This document shows positions 21,481 to 34,900 of a stretch of DNA of 64,000 nt, piece after piece. The notes under the pieces were generated by a model, which saw only the letters and a program-made list of their open reading frames with translations, searched no databases and was not told the DNA's origin. How positions within the stretch are numbered: position 1 is the stretch's first letter; every line of letters starts with the position of its first letter. This DNA comes from Azolla caroliniana (Eukaryota > Plantae > Polypodiophyta). The stretch covers positions 6,076,001-6,140,000 of the forward strand of contig JBHGNT010000004.1 of NCBI GenBank assembly GCA_043228905.1, written 5' to 3'. Position numbers and translations under genes: made by a program.

Positions 21481-24400
21481 TAAGCATCATTAATAATAAT
21501 TGTGTGTTCATTGTGGATTCGAGCCCATGACCTCTTCCATCATAAAAAGAAAGGCCTTTTTTTTTTTTTTGCTTGAGGCCCAAGAAGAAGGGCAGACCAA
21601 TTAAATGACACATTTGGAAGAAGGACCGTTAAACCTAGAGAGAAAGAAAAATGGGGAGAAAGAAAGAAGGAAAGAATGGACATGGACATGGAGTCTCCAC
21701 TTGGGCTTCCTCCTCCTCCGCCCATCAATGAATGAATGAATGAATGAATGAATGAATGAATCAGTCAAACTGACACCGCCCCAAATCCATCATCTCCATC
21801 TCCATCTCTGCAGATCCACATCCATCGATCCAAACCACTTTCCTTTATATTCCAACCCAAAAAAAAAGAAGAAAGAAAAAAAGAAAAGAAAAAAACAGTC
21901 ACAACATTCTCTCTGTCTGTGTTAATATATCCACCGCCCACAGCGCAGAGAAATCAGCAATGGCGTTCGATTTCCTGGCCTTCCTCCTGCTTGGACAGCT
22001 CCTCCGCTACTGCCTCCTCGTCCTCGTTGCTGCTCTCTCAGGAGATTCTCAGCACGAGTATTGCCTCTCCACGCCCATCATGATGATCGTCTTCAACAGC
22101 AGATGGTGAAAGCGTCATCCCCCCCCCCCCCCCCCTCTTCTCTCTCTATTCTCACACTGAAAAAACAAAAACAAAAATCCATTAAATCGATGGATCTTTG
22201 GGATCAAAGCATACTTTTTCATTTATGTATATGCATCATACTATTACAAATTTTTGATCTCGGATTGATCATTCTGAAGCCACCCCTATCATCTTTCGTG
22301 GCACTTGCGGTATTCAGTTTGATCTAAGATATTTTGCTCAGATCTATGGATTCACGCATTGTAGAAGGTCTTCTGTTGTACAGGTCTCAGAAATCAGCCA
22401 TGTATATGTATATGTGTATGTATATGTCATGAAGAATTGATATCTCAGAGAATTCAAAGTTTTCTACCGTCCGTCTCGTTTCATCATTTTAATTTCTTCA
22501 CATTTCTTTTTCTTTATTGGATTCTGATGATGTAGAACATACACATATTTATGTGGTTTTGGGTGTGATGTTCAAAGTATCATGTCTGATCATTTTTACA
22601 AATATAAAGGAATCATCTTTTGGAACCATAATTCCAGGATGCTTCAGAGATAATCAAATGACTGTCTTGAGTTCAGTGACTTGATCCTCTGACAGTTGTC
22701 ATTGCAAATGTAGCCGGTAATGGATTCCCGTAGATTTCTCAAAGTGAATCATAATCTTCCTTCAATCAAGAGAAACATTAGCCTCATCTCTTTTGAAGCA
22801 TTACAATTCCTATTCTTCTATAGCAGGACTTCATTTACTGGAGGAAAAGCTTGTAACTCTGTCGTTTATAAGATGTGGGATGGTGAATCAACACATGGGC
22901 TTGCCTTGCCCTTAAATAGTAGAAGTATATTACATACATCTTCATAAAATCTCATGTCAATGGGATGTGGGTATGCTTCCTATTGACATGAGCTCTTCTC
23001 TGGGTAAGCTTGTAGTATATAGTGCTATCTCCATGGTCTTGATATGATATACACTTCACTAAAAAAAACAGCTGGGCCAAGTGTAATAAAAATGTCTCAA
23101 AACCTTGCATGCCACATAGGCATATATGCAGAGTTAAATAATAAGAATCCATACTTATTATTCTTGCAATGCCATTTCACCCAGTGCCTTTACTGTCCAT
23201 CCATGCTCTAATCTCCTGACGATATTTGACAAGAGTTCACTCCTGAGGAGAATTTAGGAACTGGAATGTCTTTTGATGTATAATGTTGAATTCACATACC
23301 CTGCTTCATTGAGAAGTTCCCAGTGTGTCGTCGAATAATATGGGTGATCTGTAAAGATCCCCAGAAAAGAGAATGTGGAATCCATTATCCCCTTATTTCC
23401 TTGATTTGGTGAACAGATTAGTGCTAGTGTTGTATGTATAGTTTCCAAAAGAACACCGATATTCAACCTAAAAGAACGTGGGTAGAGAAGAACACACATT
23501 CCCCATGTATTTCTCTTAACACTCTTCTGAGCATGCTTAACCTTAGTAGCTATGGAGTCATCATCATGCTGCCTAACCAGAATGTTGCAGGTGTTTAAGC
23601 AATGACATCAAGAATCGGCCACTGGTTGAGGAATGGGCATTTGACAAGTGATTTTTAGAGCACTGGTTTTTGTTTCGTAGTGCCTCATTTTCTAGGTCTC
23701 TGGTTCAAATCCTATTTCTTGTCTTTGTTTATTCTTACTGTTATTCTAGTTTACTTTTGGGGCTTACAAAGAAATAACTCTAGACGACGTTTGGGTGTAA
23801 TTACTTAATATTACTTGATATCGAAAAACGTTTTCAACTCTCAAAACCCCCAAAAAAGAGAGAAAAATGGAGAAAGACAAAAGAATGATCTGAGCTTGGG
23901 ACCTCGGAAACAATGAGGAATTAGATGGCTAACTATTCGTCCTGGTAAAGGTATGGATGCAAACAAATAATTTCATGCATTTCCGGTGAACTCTGCACAT
24001 CAAAGTCTACATATTGCTTACAGGTATCGATAATCTTCTGGGTGTGTCATGCCCCACCTATTCACCATAAATCCTTTAGATTTTAATACTCTGATGTATG
24101 GCAACGATGATGTTGTGGGCTTATTGTACTCCATGTGTTTATTCACCATGGATCCTTCGGATTTAGTTATTAAAAGACCCCATCAATGTAATATTTTTCC
24201 ATGTATTTCAAGCATTGCTATAGAAACCCGGAGTATTAAAGAAGCATATCTGCTCAGCACCATGGATCCATGGCATATGGCTCATATTGAATAGATCAAT
24301 AACTAAAAACATAGTGCCATCAATCCATGACTGGTGTCTCCATGACAGGTCACTCAGATTGACCAGATCAATAAATATATATACATAGCGGCATTGATCC

Positions 24401-24705
24401 ACGGTAGACCACTCACATCGAAGAGATCAATAATATACATACTGAGCACCATTGATCCATGGTAGACCATTTGCATCAAATAGAACAATGATGATGGCAG
24501 GGTAGTGCTACTCGCATCGAATAATGACTGGTCTGTCAATCTTGGAAATCTGCATCAATGTTCAGCCAATCAAGATCTTCCGCTGCACTTCGGGGATTTA
24601 ACAGGGCATCAAAGCTCTTCTGCTACACTTGGGGGATTTAACAGCTGATGCCACTGGGGCGATTTGACAACCAGTCATTATATCACATATTGAATGACTG
24701 GTCTG

Positions 24706-26448
24706 TCAATCTTGGAAATCTGCATCTATGTTCAGGGAATCGAGCTCTTCTGCTGCACTCGGGGGGTTTAACAGCCGATGCCGCTCAAGGAAGTAACAAC
24801 CCAATCTGATCAGCTTTGCAGATCTCTCCAACACACCGAGGTCTCCTTCCTCGATGGTCCTTATGATATCAGCCACGATATCTTTTGTCTCTTCCAGCTT
24901 CTGGAACTTCGCCATGCTCTGATCGTACTTTGCATTCCTGAAGCTCCTTTCAAGAACCTTGAATCCTGTCATTTGCCACCTTATGTCCCCCACAAGGTCT
25001 TTATCATAACTTTCTCTTTCAGCTTCTTCCAGCATACCCCTTTCTGCAGCTTTCAATGCAGCAAAGAGCTCCTTCTTCACTCTCTTCCCTTCCTGCATCT
25101 GTTGGTTGACAAACTCCAGAAGCTCGGCATAGGTGACCTGAAGGGATAAGGAAGAGAGATGCTCCGTGCAATCCTCCTCTGCCTTCAACCACTCTGGAAA
25201 TCCAAGCATCTTCAGGTACGAGGCCCTTTTCTCTCCAGAGAGCTCTTGCAATGTCTCGGAGATATGGCGGATCATGTGGCTACTTAGCCTATTATGACAA
25301 AACTCCAAGATCTCATAGGCTGCAACCTTCCTGAGAGAATGGATGATCTTGTTAACATGGAAGTCACAGTTATTCTCATTCCAGAACTCAGTAATCTTCA
25401 TCATCTCTTCTGAGGAATCACCTCTGCTAGCAAGTACGGTGTTTGAGGACTGATCGTGAGGCCATATTGCGTTATGATAGTTCTTCTGCCACGTATCGTT
25501 TCTAGTTTGAGAAATACTTCGAATCCGGTCAAGCTTCATTATTTCTAGCGATTTATCCCTTTCTCTCGCTGCTTGCTCTAAGCTCAAGATCTTGTCTCTC
25601 AAGGACAGTTGGCCTTCTTCCAGGGATTGTATACTGGCCTGAGTAGATTCATGTCTCTGCCTCAGCAATTCCAACTGTTTCTTCGGAGACTGATGACCTT
25701 GTGACAAGGATTTAATGTCATCTTTCAGTGCAGAAAGCTTCCAGGATATGGCGCTTACAGAAATATCTGAATCTGAATCCGAGTCGGCATCACCACCACC
25801 ACAATTTGCGGAGGTTCTCAGAGATCCAGATCGATCTTGATGACCATCGCATCTTGGCACGGTTCTCGAATTCTCGTCGTTTTCTGGGAGTCCACTCAAA
25901 ATGTCGGTTTGCTGAAGATTTGAAGGTAAATTCTGCAGGCGATTGTGCATCATCGAGAGGTTATGGTAAACGTTTAAGCCTATTTTCGAACGAATCCTAC
26001 TGACAGCGGGGCTCTCAATGTATTCAGCTGAGTTATAAGAGACAGCAGCGTTTGAAGAAGATGGAGCGGGAGCAGAAACATATTCAGAAGAAGTTATGGC
26101 GGATACCTGTCTGTGAGGGTTGAACGTGGAAATGCGATCTGAAAGGTACTTAAGAGGGGCCACAGATAGGCCCTTGGTGTGAGGAAGATGCTGGTCATTC
26201 TGCACAGGAATGCAGCTATGGCATTTGTGGGGATGATGACGATGATAGCCGTTGTGGGAGAAACGTGAGGTTTCGGCGCTGCCGGAAGGGACAGAGACTT
26301 GGACATGGAACTTGGAGGTCCGTGCGCAGAGGGTCTCTTGCAGGTCTTTGAGGGCAGATTCGAGGAGGGGGGAGTTCTTCTTGCGGGAGGTGATCGGGGA
26401 AGCAGTTGGAGCAGGAGGAGGAGGAGGAGGAGGATGGAAGAAGACCAT
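24706..26448 (-). CDS. Intronless ~580-aa protein of unknown function (poly-Pro N-terminus, Ser-rich region, coiled coils)
   Basis: Long uninterrupted ORF in an AT-rich context; first ATG at 26448; no family recognised. Confidence 0.7.
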   Translation of the reverse strand: MVFFHPPPPPPPAPTASPITSRKKNSPLLESALKDLQETLCARTSKFHVQVSVPSGSAETSRFSHNGYHRHHPHKCHSCIPVQNDQHLPHTKGLSVAPLKYLSDRISTFNPHRQVSAITSSEYVSAPAPSSSNAAVSYNSAEYIESPAVSRIRSKIGLNVYHNLSMMHNRLQNLPSNLQQTDILSGLPENDENSRTVPRCDGHQDRSGSLRTSANCGGGDADSDSDSDISVSAISWKLSALKDDIKSLSQGHQSPKKQLELLRQRHESTQASIQSLEEGQLSLRDKILSLEQAARERDKSLEIMKLDRIRSISQTRNDTWQKNYHNAIWPHDQSSNTVLASRGDSSEEMMKITEFWNENNCDFHVNKIIHSLRKVAAYEILEFCHNRLSSHMIRHISETLQELSGEKRASYLKMLGFPEWLKAEEDCTEHLSSLSLQVTYAELLEFVNQQMQEGKRVKKELFAALKAAERGMLEEAERESYDKDLVGDIRWQMTGFKVLERSFRNAKYDQSMAKFQKLEETKDIVADIIRTIEEGDLGVLERSAKLIRLGCYFLERHRLLNPPSAAEELDSLNIDADFQD

Positions 26449-26585
26449 GGCCAGAAGAGGCAAAGGGAACGTGGCTGAGGCAGCACAGAGAAGGCGATGG
26501 CGATGAAGAAAGGAAGGAAATGGCGATGGCGATGGCGAAAGGAGAAGGAAGGAGAAACGGCAGTTACGCCTTCACAACTGCACCC

Positions 26586-26772
26586 CCTGGTCCTTCCAAA
26601 GACAGGGGAGAGGGGCATTCTGGGAATTAAGGAAAATTTCCAGGGGCATTTGGGGAAATAATGAAAACCTTCTGGTTTTCTCTTCTTGTTCCTTCCCAAA
26701 GCCCAAGGGAGGGGCATTCTGAGAATTAAGGAAAATTGCCAGGGGCATTTGGGGAAATAATGAAAACCTTCT
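26586..26772. repeat. ~80-bp tandem repeat, left arm
   Basis: Unit CCTTCCAAAG...GGCATTCTG(G/A)GAATTAAGGAAAATT...GGGGCATTTGGGGAAATAATGAAAACCTTCT. Confidence 0.85.
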
Positions 26773-29700
26773 ACATCACAATACATTTCACACATGAGCT
26801 CTCTGACATATATGCTCGACATGTTCAAGCCCATCTCTCCTCCCTTGATCCCTCCCTACCTTTAGAGAGCCTTAATACGAAACTCACACACATCCTTCAT
26901 TCTGCAGCGGTTAGCAGCTTCCCATACACGAAACACTCCAATCAAGGTAAAGTAGGATCTATGCCACAAAATAGATGGTATGATGAGGATTGTAGGTGCT
27001 TACATCGACAACTTACAATATCGCAACTCAGTGGTAGTATTACCTCAGTACAAGCTCGTAAAGAAATGCGCAAGATGACACGTCGTAAGAGACGAGCATG
27101 GGAGGCATCCCAATATTGGGAACTCTACCACATGCTCATGAGTAACGATTGTGCCACTGCATGGAAGAGATTACGGGAACCAAGACCACAAACACCCATC
27201 GAAGATCCCGAAACTTGGCACACTTATACAGAGAGACTTTACCACATCCCAAACCAACCACCCATTCCAATGCCTTCCACACCCCGACCTACTGTGGGGA
27301 CACTCTTCACGACCTCTAGGGTCACGAAGGTCATAAAGAAATTACAACATAGGAAGTCCATGGACCACATAGGATTGCGAGCAGAACACATCATATACGC
27401 GAGAGAGTGCCTAGCTCCCTTACTAACTCTAATCTTCAATCGTGCCCTTGCAGAGGGTTTTCCATCACAATGGACCATGAACACAGTGGCCCCCATACAT
27501 AAGGGGGGGGGACCCCATGGACCCAAATACTTATAGGACCATTATGATAGGTCATACCCTTGCTAAATTATATGGTGCAGTAATGGAGGCAGAGCTTAGC
27601 GAGTATATGGAGACCTTAAATCTTCGTGCACCTGAACAGGCCGGCTTTAGACGAGCCTTCTCCACTATTGACCATATCTTCACACTTAGATGCTTAATTG
27701 ACCAGATTAAGGCTCGCAAGAAGAAACTATATTGTTGTTTTGTGGACTTCAGCAAAGCCTTTGACACGGTCCCTAGAGAGCGGTTGTTTGATAGGCTTAA
27801 GAGCTTGAGGATACCAGATGACATGGTTTGGGCCATCTACGCACTATATGAACAAGTGTCCGGGTGTGTTCGATGCCCAGGCGGCATATCCGATAGTTTC
27901 ACTAGCACTATTGGTGTAAAACAAGGTTGCCCCTTATCTCCGACTCTTTTTGGGATCTACATTGATGAGATCACAGATTTTATTGCTCGTAAGGGAGGCA
28001 ATGGAGTAGTCCTTGGAGATACGCAGGTGCGTATCTTGCTCTATGCAGATGACATAGTTTTGCTCTCTGAATCCGAACACGACCTACAAAGGCACCTTAA
28101 TGCCTTAGATGATTTTTGCACACAAAGAGGATTGGTAGTGAATCTAGGGAAAACTAAAGTCCTTATCTTCCACACGTCGGCCCAAGTTAGAGCTATTAAA
28201 GTGTCACCTAACTATCTCCCATAGCCCAGTTGAGGTGGTTGGATCATATGTCTATCTCGGAGTCACTTTCAGTGCCCGCTCAGGTAAATTTTCGATGACA
28301 CAAGCAGCGAAGGATAGACTTACAAGAGGACATGCATCCCTCTCACTCCTCGAGAGACAATGCCACCAAGCATACTTCCAAGAGCCACGAACTAAAGGGT
28401 GGCTCTTTGACTCATTAGTGACTCCCTCTCTCATGTATGCATCAGCGGTTTGGGCCCCAGGACTACCATCTTTCATGTGGACGCAATTAGAGAGACCATT
28501 GGTGATGATGTTATCACGCCAACTCCGAAGCAAATCGTCGGTCCCACATGACATTATTAGGGCTGAGTTCACTCTACCCCCTATGTTAGTAGAAACACTT
28601 TTTCAACTGGTAGTCTTTATACACAGGATACATAACCAACCACTTGATAGAATATCCCACCAAGCCTTTAAGGCTTCTCGTGCATTGTATGAGTCCGGCT
28701 ATACTAGCTCATGGTATGGCATGATGGTGAGTTGGCTTCTTGCCAACGGTCTAGACATTACTAACCTCCCCCCCCTTAAGTACGACCACACGAATGATAA
28801 CACTTTACTCTCTCATGAGGACCGTAATAAAGTAATACGCCAAGAAATATGGCAAATTTATACCCGGTATAAATGGATCACCCCACTAGAGCCACTCCCA
28901 TCTAAAATGTCGTACTATAAGGGACACTTTATGCACTTCTCTGAGTTAGGTTTTATCACGCGCCCAAAATATCTAGATGTATTCTTACCACATGCACTAA
29001 GGGTTGCCATTGGTCAACTTAGAATATCATCTCACCAACTTGAGATTGAGAATGGACGTACTAATGGAGTCCCTAGGGAGGAAAGGATATGTAGGTTATG
29101 CCACATAGAGATAGAGGATGAGTACCATTTTACATGCAAATGCCCCACCTATGCCGAGATAAGGGCAAAATACCAAGACATACTTGGTTCCTCTCCCACC
29201 CTCCCTAAACTATTAGATACACTAGATATAAAGAAATTAGGTAGATACATCTTAGAATTGAAACACCACAAAGAGAACAAATTACAAAACGTTGATAATA
29301 ATGTTGCTAATGTTTACCAACATATAACGAATGAAGTTTTTCAGGAACAGGGGGAGACAATGAATGTCGACACACCTGCACCACTCGGACTTCTCCTTGA
29401 TGAAGCAGAAAATCAAAGAAGAACCAAACGCCCTCGGATGCCGGGTTTCAAAGCAACTCGACGAGATGTAGAAGCAATAAAGAAAATAAGGGAACGTGAA
29501 CTACACCGCCTAGAAGCCATGGCTAGGGCACTCTATGCATCGGGACCATGGGTCACACCCACACCAAAAACTTTTGACCTCCCACTTTTTTTTGAGAGAC
29601 TTGGGTGGAAATGAGATTAGGCTTGGTGCAAAGTTTTGTACACTACTAGAACTTTCTTAGCTTAAGCTATTTTCTTTTATTTTTAGTTTTGATGATTGGA

Positions 29701-29797
29701 TAAACACTCATTTTTTGTTGTAACCTATTTGTCTCATGGGCCAAATTTGGCCTTAGAAGACGTTAATATATCTTTCTTTCTTTCTTTCTTTCTTTCT
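26773..29797 (+). mobile_element. 5'-truncated non-LTR retrotransposon (RTEX/RTE-like LINE) with (CTTT)n tail
   Basis: RT motifs FVDFSKAFD, GVKQGCPLSP, LYADD; C-terminal SSHQLEIE...CRLC...EDEYHFTCKC; frameshifts near 27510 and 28200; tetranucleotide tail 29771-29797. Confidence 0.9.
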
Positions 29798-30195
29798 TGG
29801 TCCTTCCAAAGGCAAGGGAGGGAGGGGCATTCTGAGAATTAAGGAAAATTGCAGGGGCATTTGCGGAAATAATGAAAATCTTTTGGTTTTCCATTTTGGT
29901 CCTTCCAAAGGCAAGGGAGAGGCATTCTACGAATTAAGGAAAATTGCAGGGGTATTTTGGGAAATAAATAATGAAAACCTTCTGGTTTTCTCTTTTGGTC
30001 CTTCCAAAGGTAGGGGCCCCTATTCTGGGAATTAAGGAAGTGTGCAGGGGCATTTGGGGAAATAAATAATGAAAACCTTCTGGTTTTCTCTTTTGGTGCT
30101 TCCAAAGGTAGGGGCCCCTATTCTGGGAATTAAGGAAACATGTAGGGGCATTTGGGGAAATAAATAGTGAAAACCCTTTGGTTTTCTCTTTTGGG
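29798..30195. repeat. ~80-86-bp tandem repeat, right arm (about 5 units)
   Basis: Same unit as 26586-26772. Confidence 0.88.
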
Positions 30196-30371
30196 CCTTG
30201 TGTAAGAAGCTTCCATACATGGTTTCCATGAGCCCACTTCAAACCCTCGTTATCCCCAACAACACGTTCATGCCCAACAACAACACATTGGTTGGGTGGT
30301 GGTCTGCACACACCTGAACGCTTCCTACCATCGATAACAATGAGATTGCATCTAAGAATTTGGAATCAATT

Positions 30372-30672
30372 ATAAGAGACACTCTTTGCTAGAGCTCCAC
30401 CTTGTTGAAATTTGTAGATAAGAAGATATTCTTGCTAGGTCTACCTTACCGGGAATCGTAGATAACAAGACACTCTTCCTAAGCTCTACCTTATCGAGAA
30501 TCATAGATAAAAAAAGACACTCTTGCTAGCTCTACATCATCAGGATTTGTAGATAAACAAGACACTCTTCCTAAGGTCTACCTTATCGGGAATCATAGAT
30601 AATAAAAAAAGACACTCTTGCTAGCTCTACATGATCGGGACTCGTAGATAAGAAGACAGTCTTGCTAGATTT
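30372..30672. repeat. ~45-bp degenerate minisatellite
   Basis: AGACACTCTT(G/C)CTA...CTCTAC...TAGATAA repeated about seven times. Confidence 0.75.
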
Positions 30673-31907
30673 GCCCTTTTACTAAAACTCGCTAAAGCCT
30701 AAAGCAACAAGAAAGCAAGCATTGGAGTTCTTTGAGAAAAACGTATAGATCACCATGACCATCCACAAAAAGCTCTTGTTCGTTGATGGGTTTGTCGTTA
30801 AGTAGCCTCGATTGGACTTTGTAATATCAACTACATACACCTTAAATGACACCGATCCGACAACAATCCCATACTCCCTTCATAGCTATGAGGTACAGTT
30901 GCTTGAAAGTTGATAACCCACTTGCATATGTATGTATACATGCATAAGTGTTGCATTGCAGGGACATGTAAAATGTTGTCATTTTTTTCTCACTTCAACT
31001 ATAAAAAAGCATGTCACTGCATCATTTGTCCATTTTGTACTCTCTTTAACTACCAAAGCATGCCACTACATTTCTTCTTTTGACCTTGAATTGATTGCAT
31101 ATGTTGTCACAAATACAATTGATTGCATGTTTTATTGCAAGGTGAACATATGAAAAGGATTGAATGACATGAAAGGATGGCTAGAGACGCATGTGAAAGT
31201 GTAAGATAAATAAGTGAGATCTCTTATGAAGGATAGGATAGTGTAGGCAAGGCCCACCCGAGAAAGGGATCGAGTTTGTGTATATTTTGACTAATGGAGT
31301 TTATTCTTTTTTGGAAAAAAAATGATTGAATGAATGAACTTTATTGTGTTGAATTCAAAAGGGAACCGAGATAGTAGTTTTGTAAAGATTAGGACAGACC
31401 ATGGAGCATTTGATAATATTCATTGCACAAGTCATTCTAGATTGGTAATTAACGAAGATTACTCTTAATTTATTGTCAATGATATCTTGAAAGATATGCC
31501 CAAGACAAGATATTAAGAGGTAAGCCGAAGACAATGAAATTTGGACAAGGAAATATATTGAGTTGGCCATGTATATAAAGAAAATGTAAATGCCCCTAAA
31601 TTAGCCCTCATCAAGGGTATAAATTATAATATTAATAATGGTAATGGCAAGAAAACTAGTAGTAAATAATTAATGCTAATGTTTTTAGTGTTAAAATTTA
31701 GCAATTGTACACATTGGGGGCCCACCTTGGAAAATACTCTAATCTATGCTTTTAGACACTAATTTTTTGCTTGTCTTTGGGTTATATATATACACATCAA
31801 GACATTGTTGTTATTCATTACCTACTCTAAATCATTTTCTTCAGTTAGCTCCTCGTTCTACTCTAAATTGGCCGAGTATACTAATGGTGACAAACTGCCT
31901 GGTTTTT

Positions 31908-34900
31908 CTATTCATTTGAACACATAGCGTGGACGGCTATGCTCTTGGACACTCCTGGACATGGATCTTCTAATTGGTTTTGTATCGTGGAGAAGTCCAA
32001 GGAGCATCCTTGTTTCCCAATGCAAGCCTGCATCATTGAACACGATGTCATTATTGATGATAGTAATCAAGAGCAAATTATTGTTGTGCAATAATGAGTT
32101 CTTTAGTACCTCTTTGACAATGTTGATGAACTTTGGAGAATTGCAACTCCCTTCTTTTAAGGTGTTGTAGACACATGAACCTTGGGGGTTTCCATAATTG
32201 GCAAAATGGATGGATGAAATTGTTTGTTGTTGCCCACAATGTAGGGTCATTATCGGAGATGTAGAATTGACATCCAGAGAAGGTTGTTCATCCGAGATAA
32301 GAGAACAAACTTCCCTAATTGCTCTTGTTCCAAAGGAAATCTTGGTGGGATCCCCGCCAACCTCTTCAAAAAGAGTCAATCGGTTTCCAAAAGGTTTAAG
32401 CCATGCTCTCGGTATATGGAACCTACACAATAGAGCAAAGAACATAACGGCATGATGCAAAAGGCGAAGGGTATGCATAAAGTACAAAAAATCGCAAAAC
32501 ATTACAAAGAGATAATGGTGCCTCACCATTTTTGTGACGGTTCTCCACACTCTATCACACACTTTGATGGTGTGTATGTACCTCGATAGTCACATTCATG
32601 TTCACAAGTGGAATTATATTCTATATAGCTTGACCAATACCTACCAAGAGCTCTCCCATTGATCCATGCTTGACCTTTACCCATGGTTGTGAGGTCTAAT
32701 GCAACAGGGTCATTTCCACTTGGAGAGGAAAACCTCGTCTAAGAAAGACAAATCAATATGAGAGTTGGAAGAGAAAATGTTATAAAAGAATAATGATTGC
32801 TCAAATAACCAATGCAAGCATTTTAATACGATTTACATTCAAGGAAGCAAAACCACTCAACAATGCTAGATTAAGGAAAACATCAAAGAGAGGAGGTTGT
32901 TTGAGTCTTGTACCTTGTACCATGTCATTGGCTGATTTCTGGGTATTGTTTGCGCTACCATCCATTTAGTGTTAAAAAATGGATTTTCAAATGGAAGCTC
33001 TAATTCCTCACCTTGCAAGCCAATCTAGTTTGCGAGTGTCAAGGTTAATGAACAACACTCAACTCATAAATAGTTCGATAAAGATTAAAAAAATTAAAGA
33101 TGTTGGAACAATACTTGATATGTCCATTCCTTGGTTGAAAGGTCAATACTCTCATTTGCACTCGTCAATGAGATTTTACCATTAAGTCCAGTACCAGTTG
33201 TATCGAAAAATGCTCCATAGTTCTATAAATCAAATACAAAGATTTGTGAGCTTAAGTGGTTTACGAGGATAACCACATATATTTACAAGCGTTACATCAA
33301 ATATCAAAATCATATGTACCTTTAGACCAACTGTGCTACTCAAAATGGCCAACTCATTTTGACCGTATTTCAACGGGAGAGGAATTTCGAACTCAAACAT
33401 AGGAACCTCAGAACTCCCATGGGCATGTCCTAGATTTCAAGAATTGTTAACAATTTAAAGTTACCATATCGCAATATAGATTCATAAGGGTTTCACCTAT
33501 TAAAGCAAGCATTTTGTATTATTAATGAGATAATTTACCTAAAACCTCTCTATTTAGAAATAACAATGCACTATCTCCCAATGAGTTTATTGATAAGGTT
33601 CCTTTCGTATAAGTCGTATTGAACCTGTGAAAGAACATGGATTCTCAACTTTATGATAAAAATTCTCTAGTGTATTCTCTTCTACAAATCAAAAGTTTCA
33701 TATATCTAAACCAATGGCTCTTACTACCTTGTTATATACCACATGTAGTCGGAAGTGTCTCTTGTTGTGTTCATTTGATCTTTAAGTCCGTTGCTTATAA
33801 AAGTGGACTTGCTCCATGCTCCAATTGGTTCTTGATAAGATTCCCAAATTAATGGTGTTTGTGTAATGACACTCATGTTCTTTCTAGTTGTTTGATGTTT
33901 GATCATGGCCGTGTTGTATATTACGTCCTTGCATTCATGTAGTATGCTAACTGACCAAGCCGGAATCAAATAAGTTTGGCCATTGAATAAGACCTTACTA
34001 TCATGTTTCGGGTCTTTGTTGGATAGGAAAGCACAAGAGTTGTTATCAGATGTATTATAGATTGTTGCCTGCATGCCAAAATACAAGTTTCTAAAGTTTG
34101 ATGGCAAACAACGAATTGAAGAAGTCTCTTTAGTCATCTATATTCTCTTTTAAGTTCCTTAATATCTAGGAAACAAACTATCCTTTCCTGGGTGGTTTAA
34201 ACTACAAGAATGAAATTAAATGAAAATGTGTTTACCTCTTGTAATGGACCCAAGCTTGTGTTATGTGAATCTCCATAAAGCAATGCTTTTTCACAAAGCC
34301 GAAGTGCTTTGTGTAAATCCGATAAATGGCCCCATTTTGGTTGGTTTAATAAACCTGCTTTCATGATTCAATATATCTTTTGTTGTCTAAACTTGGATTC
34401 TTAGTCTTGTAATTAATTTGACATATTTGGGTCATGTAAGTGGGTGATATTTACAAAAGAGTAAATATCATACTTTGGTATTGGTTAACACCACCCATAA
34501 TGCAACTCTAAACTAGAATGCAAGGATTGATAAGAAAGCAAGGGACACGTAGTCGAACCATATTCATCGATTGGAGCATCATAGTCATAACTTGTTGCTA
34601 TAAATGGGCCACCGGATATGCGTCCAAAGTTAGTTCCTCCATGATACTACAAACCAACAATGTGAAATGGTGAAGTAACAAACAAGGTAAAAACGCCTTG
34701 TGATGAAAAACAAGCAGTTGAAAAGGAGACTAAAGAGAAAGTGTCTTGCAATATCTAACCATGTAATAATTTTGGAACGTCCCACCCGTTTGGTAAAACC
34801 TCGCCACAGCATATGCAATATCTTCAACTGGACGATGAGGAACTAACCCTCCAAATGTAAGAAACCTTATAAACCAAACATTTTATGTAGGTCAATATGC

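Noticed and set aside
22110-24500. Possible miRNA precursor downstream of the promoter-like region
   Set aside because: I recognised no conserved mature miRNA or clear hairpin by eye.
26586-30195. Regularly spaced repeats that could be mistaken for a CRISPR array
   Set aside because: Whole ~80-bp units repeat with no unique spacers, no cas genes are present, and the context is eukaryotic.
29839-30311. Repetitive minus-strand ORFs (KRKPEGFHY...)
   Set aside because: Translations of the tandem repeat in several frames.
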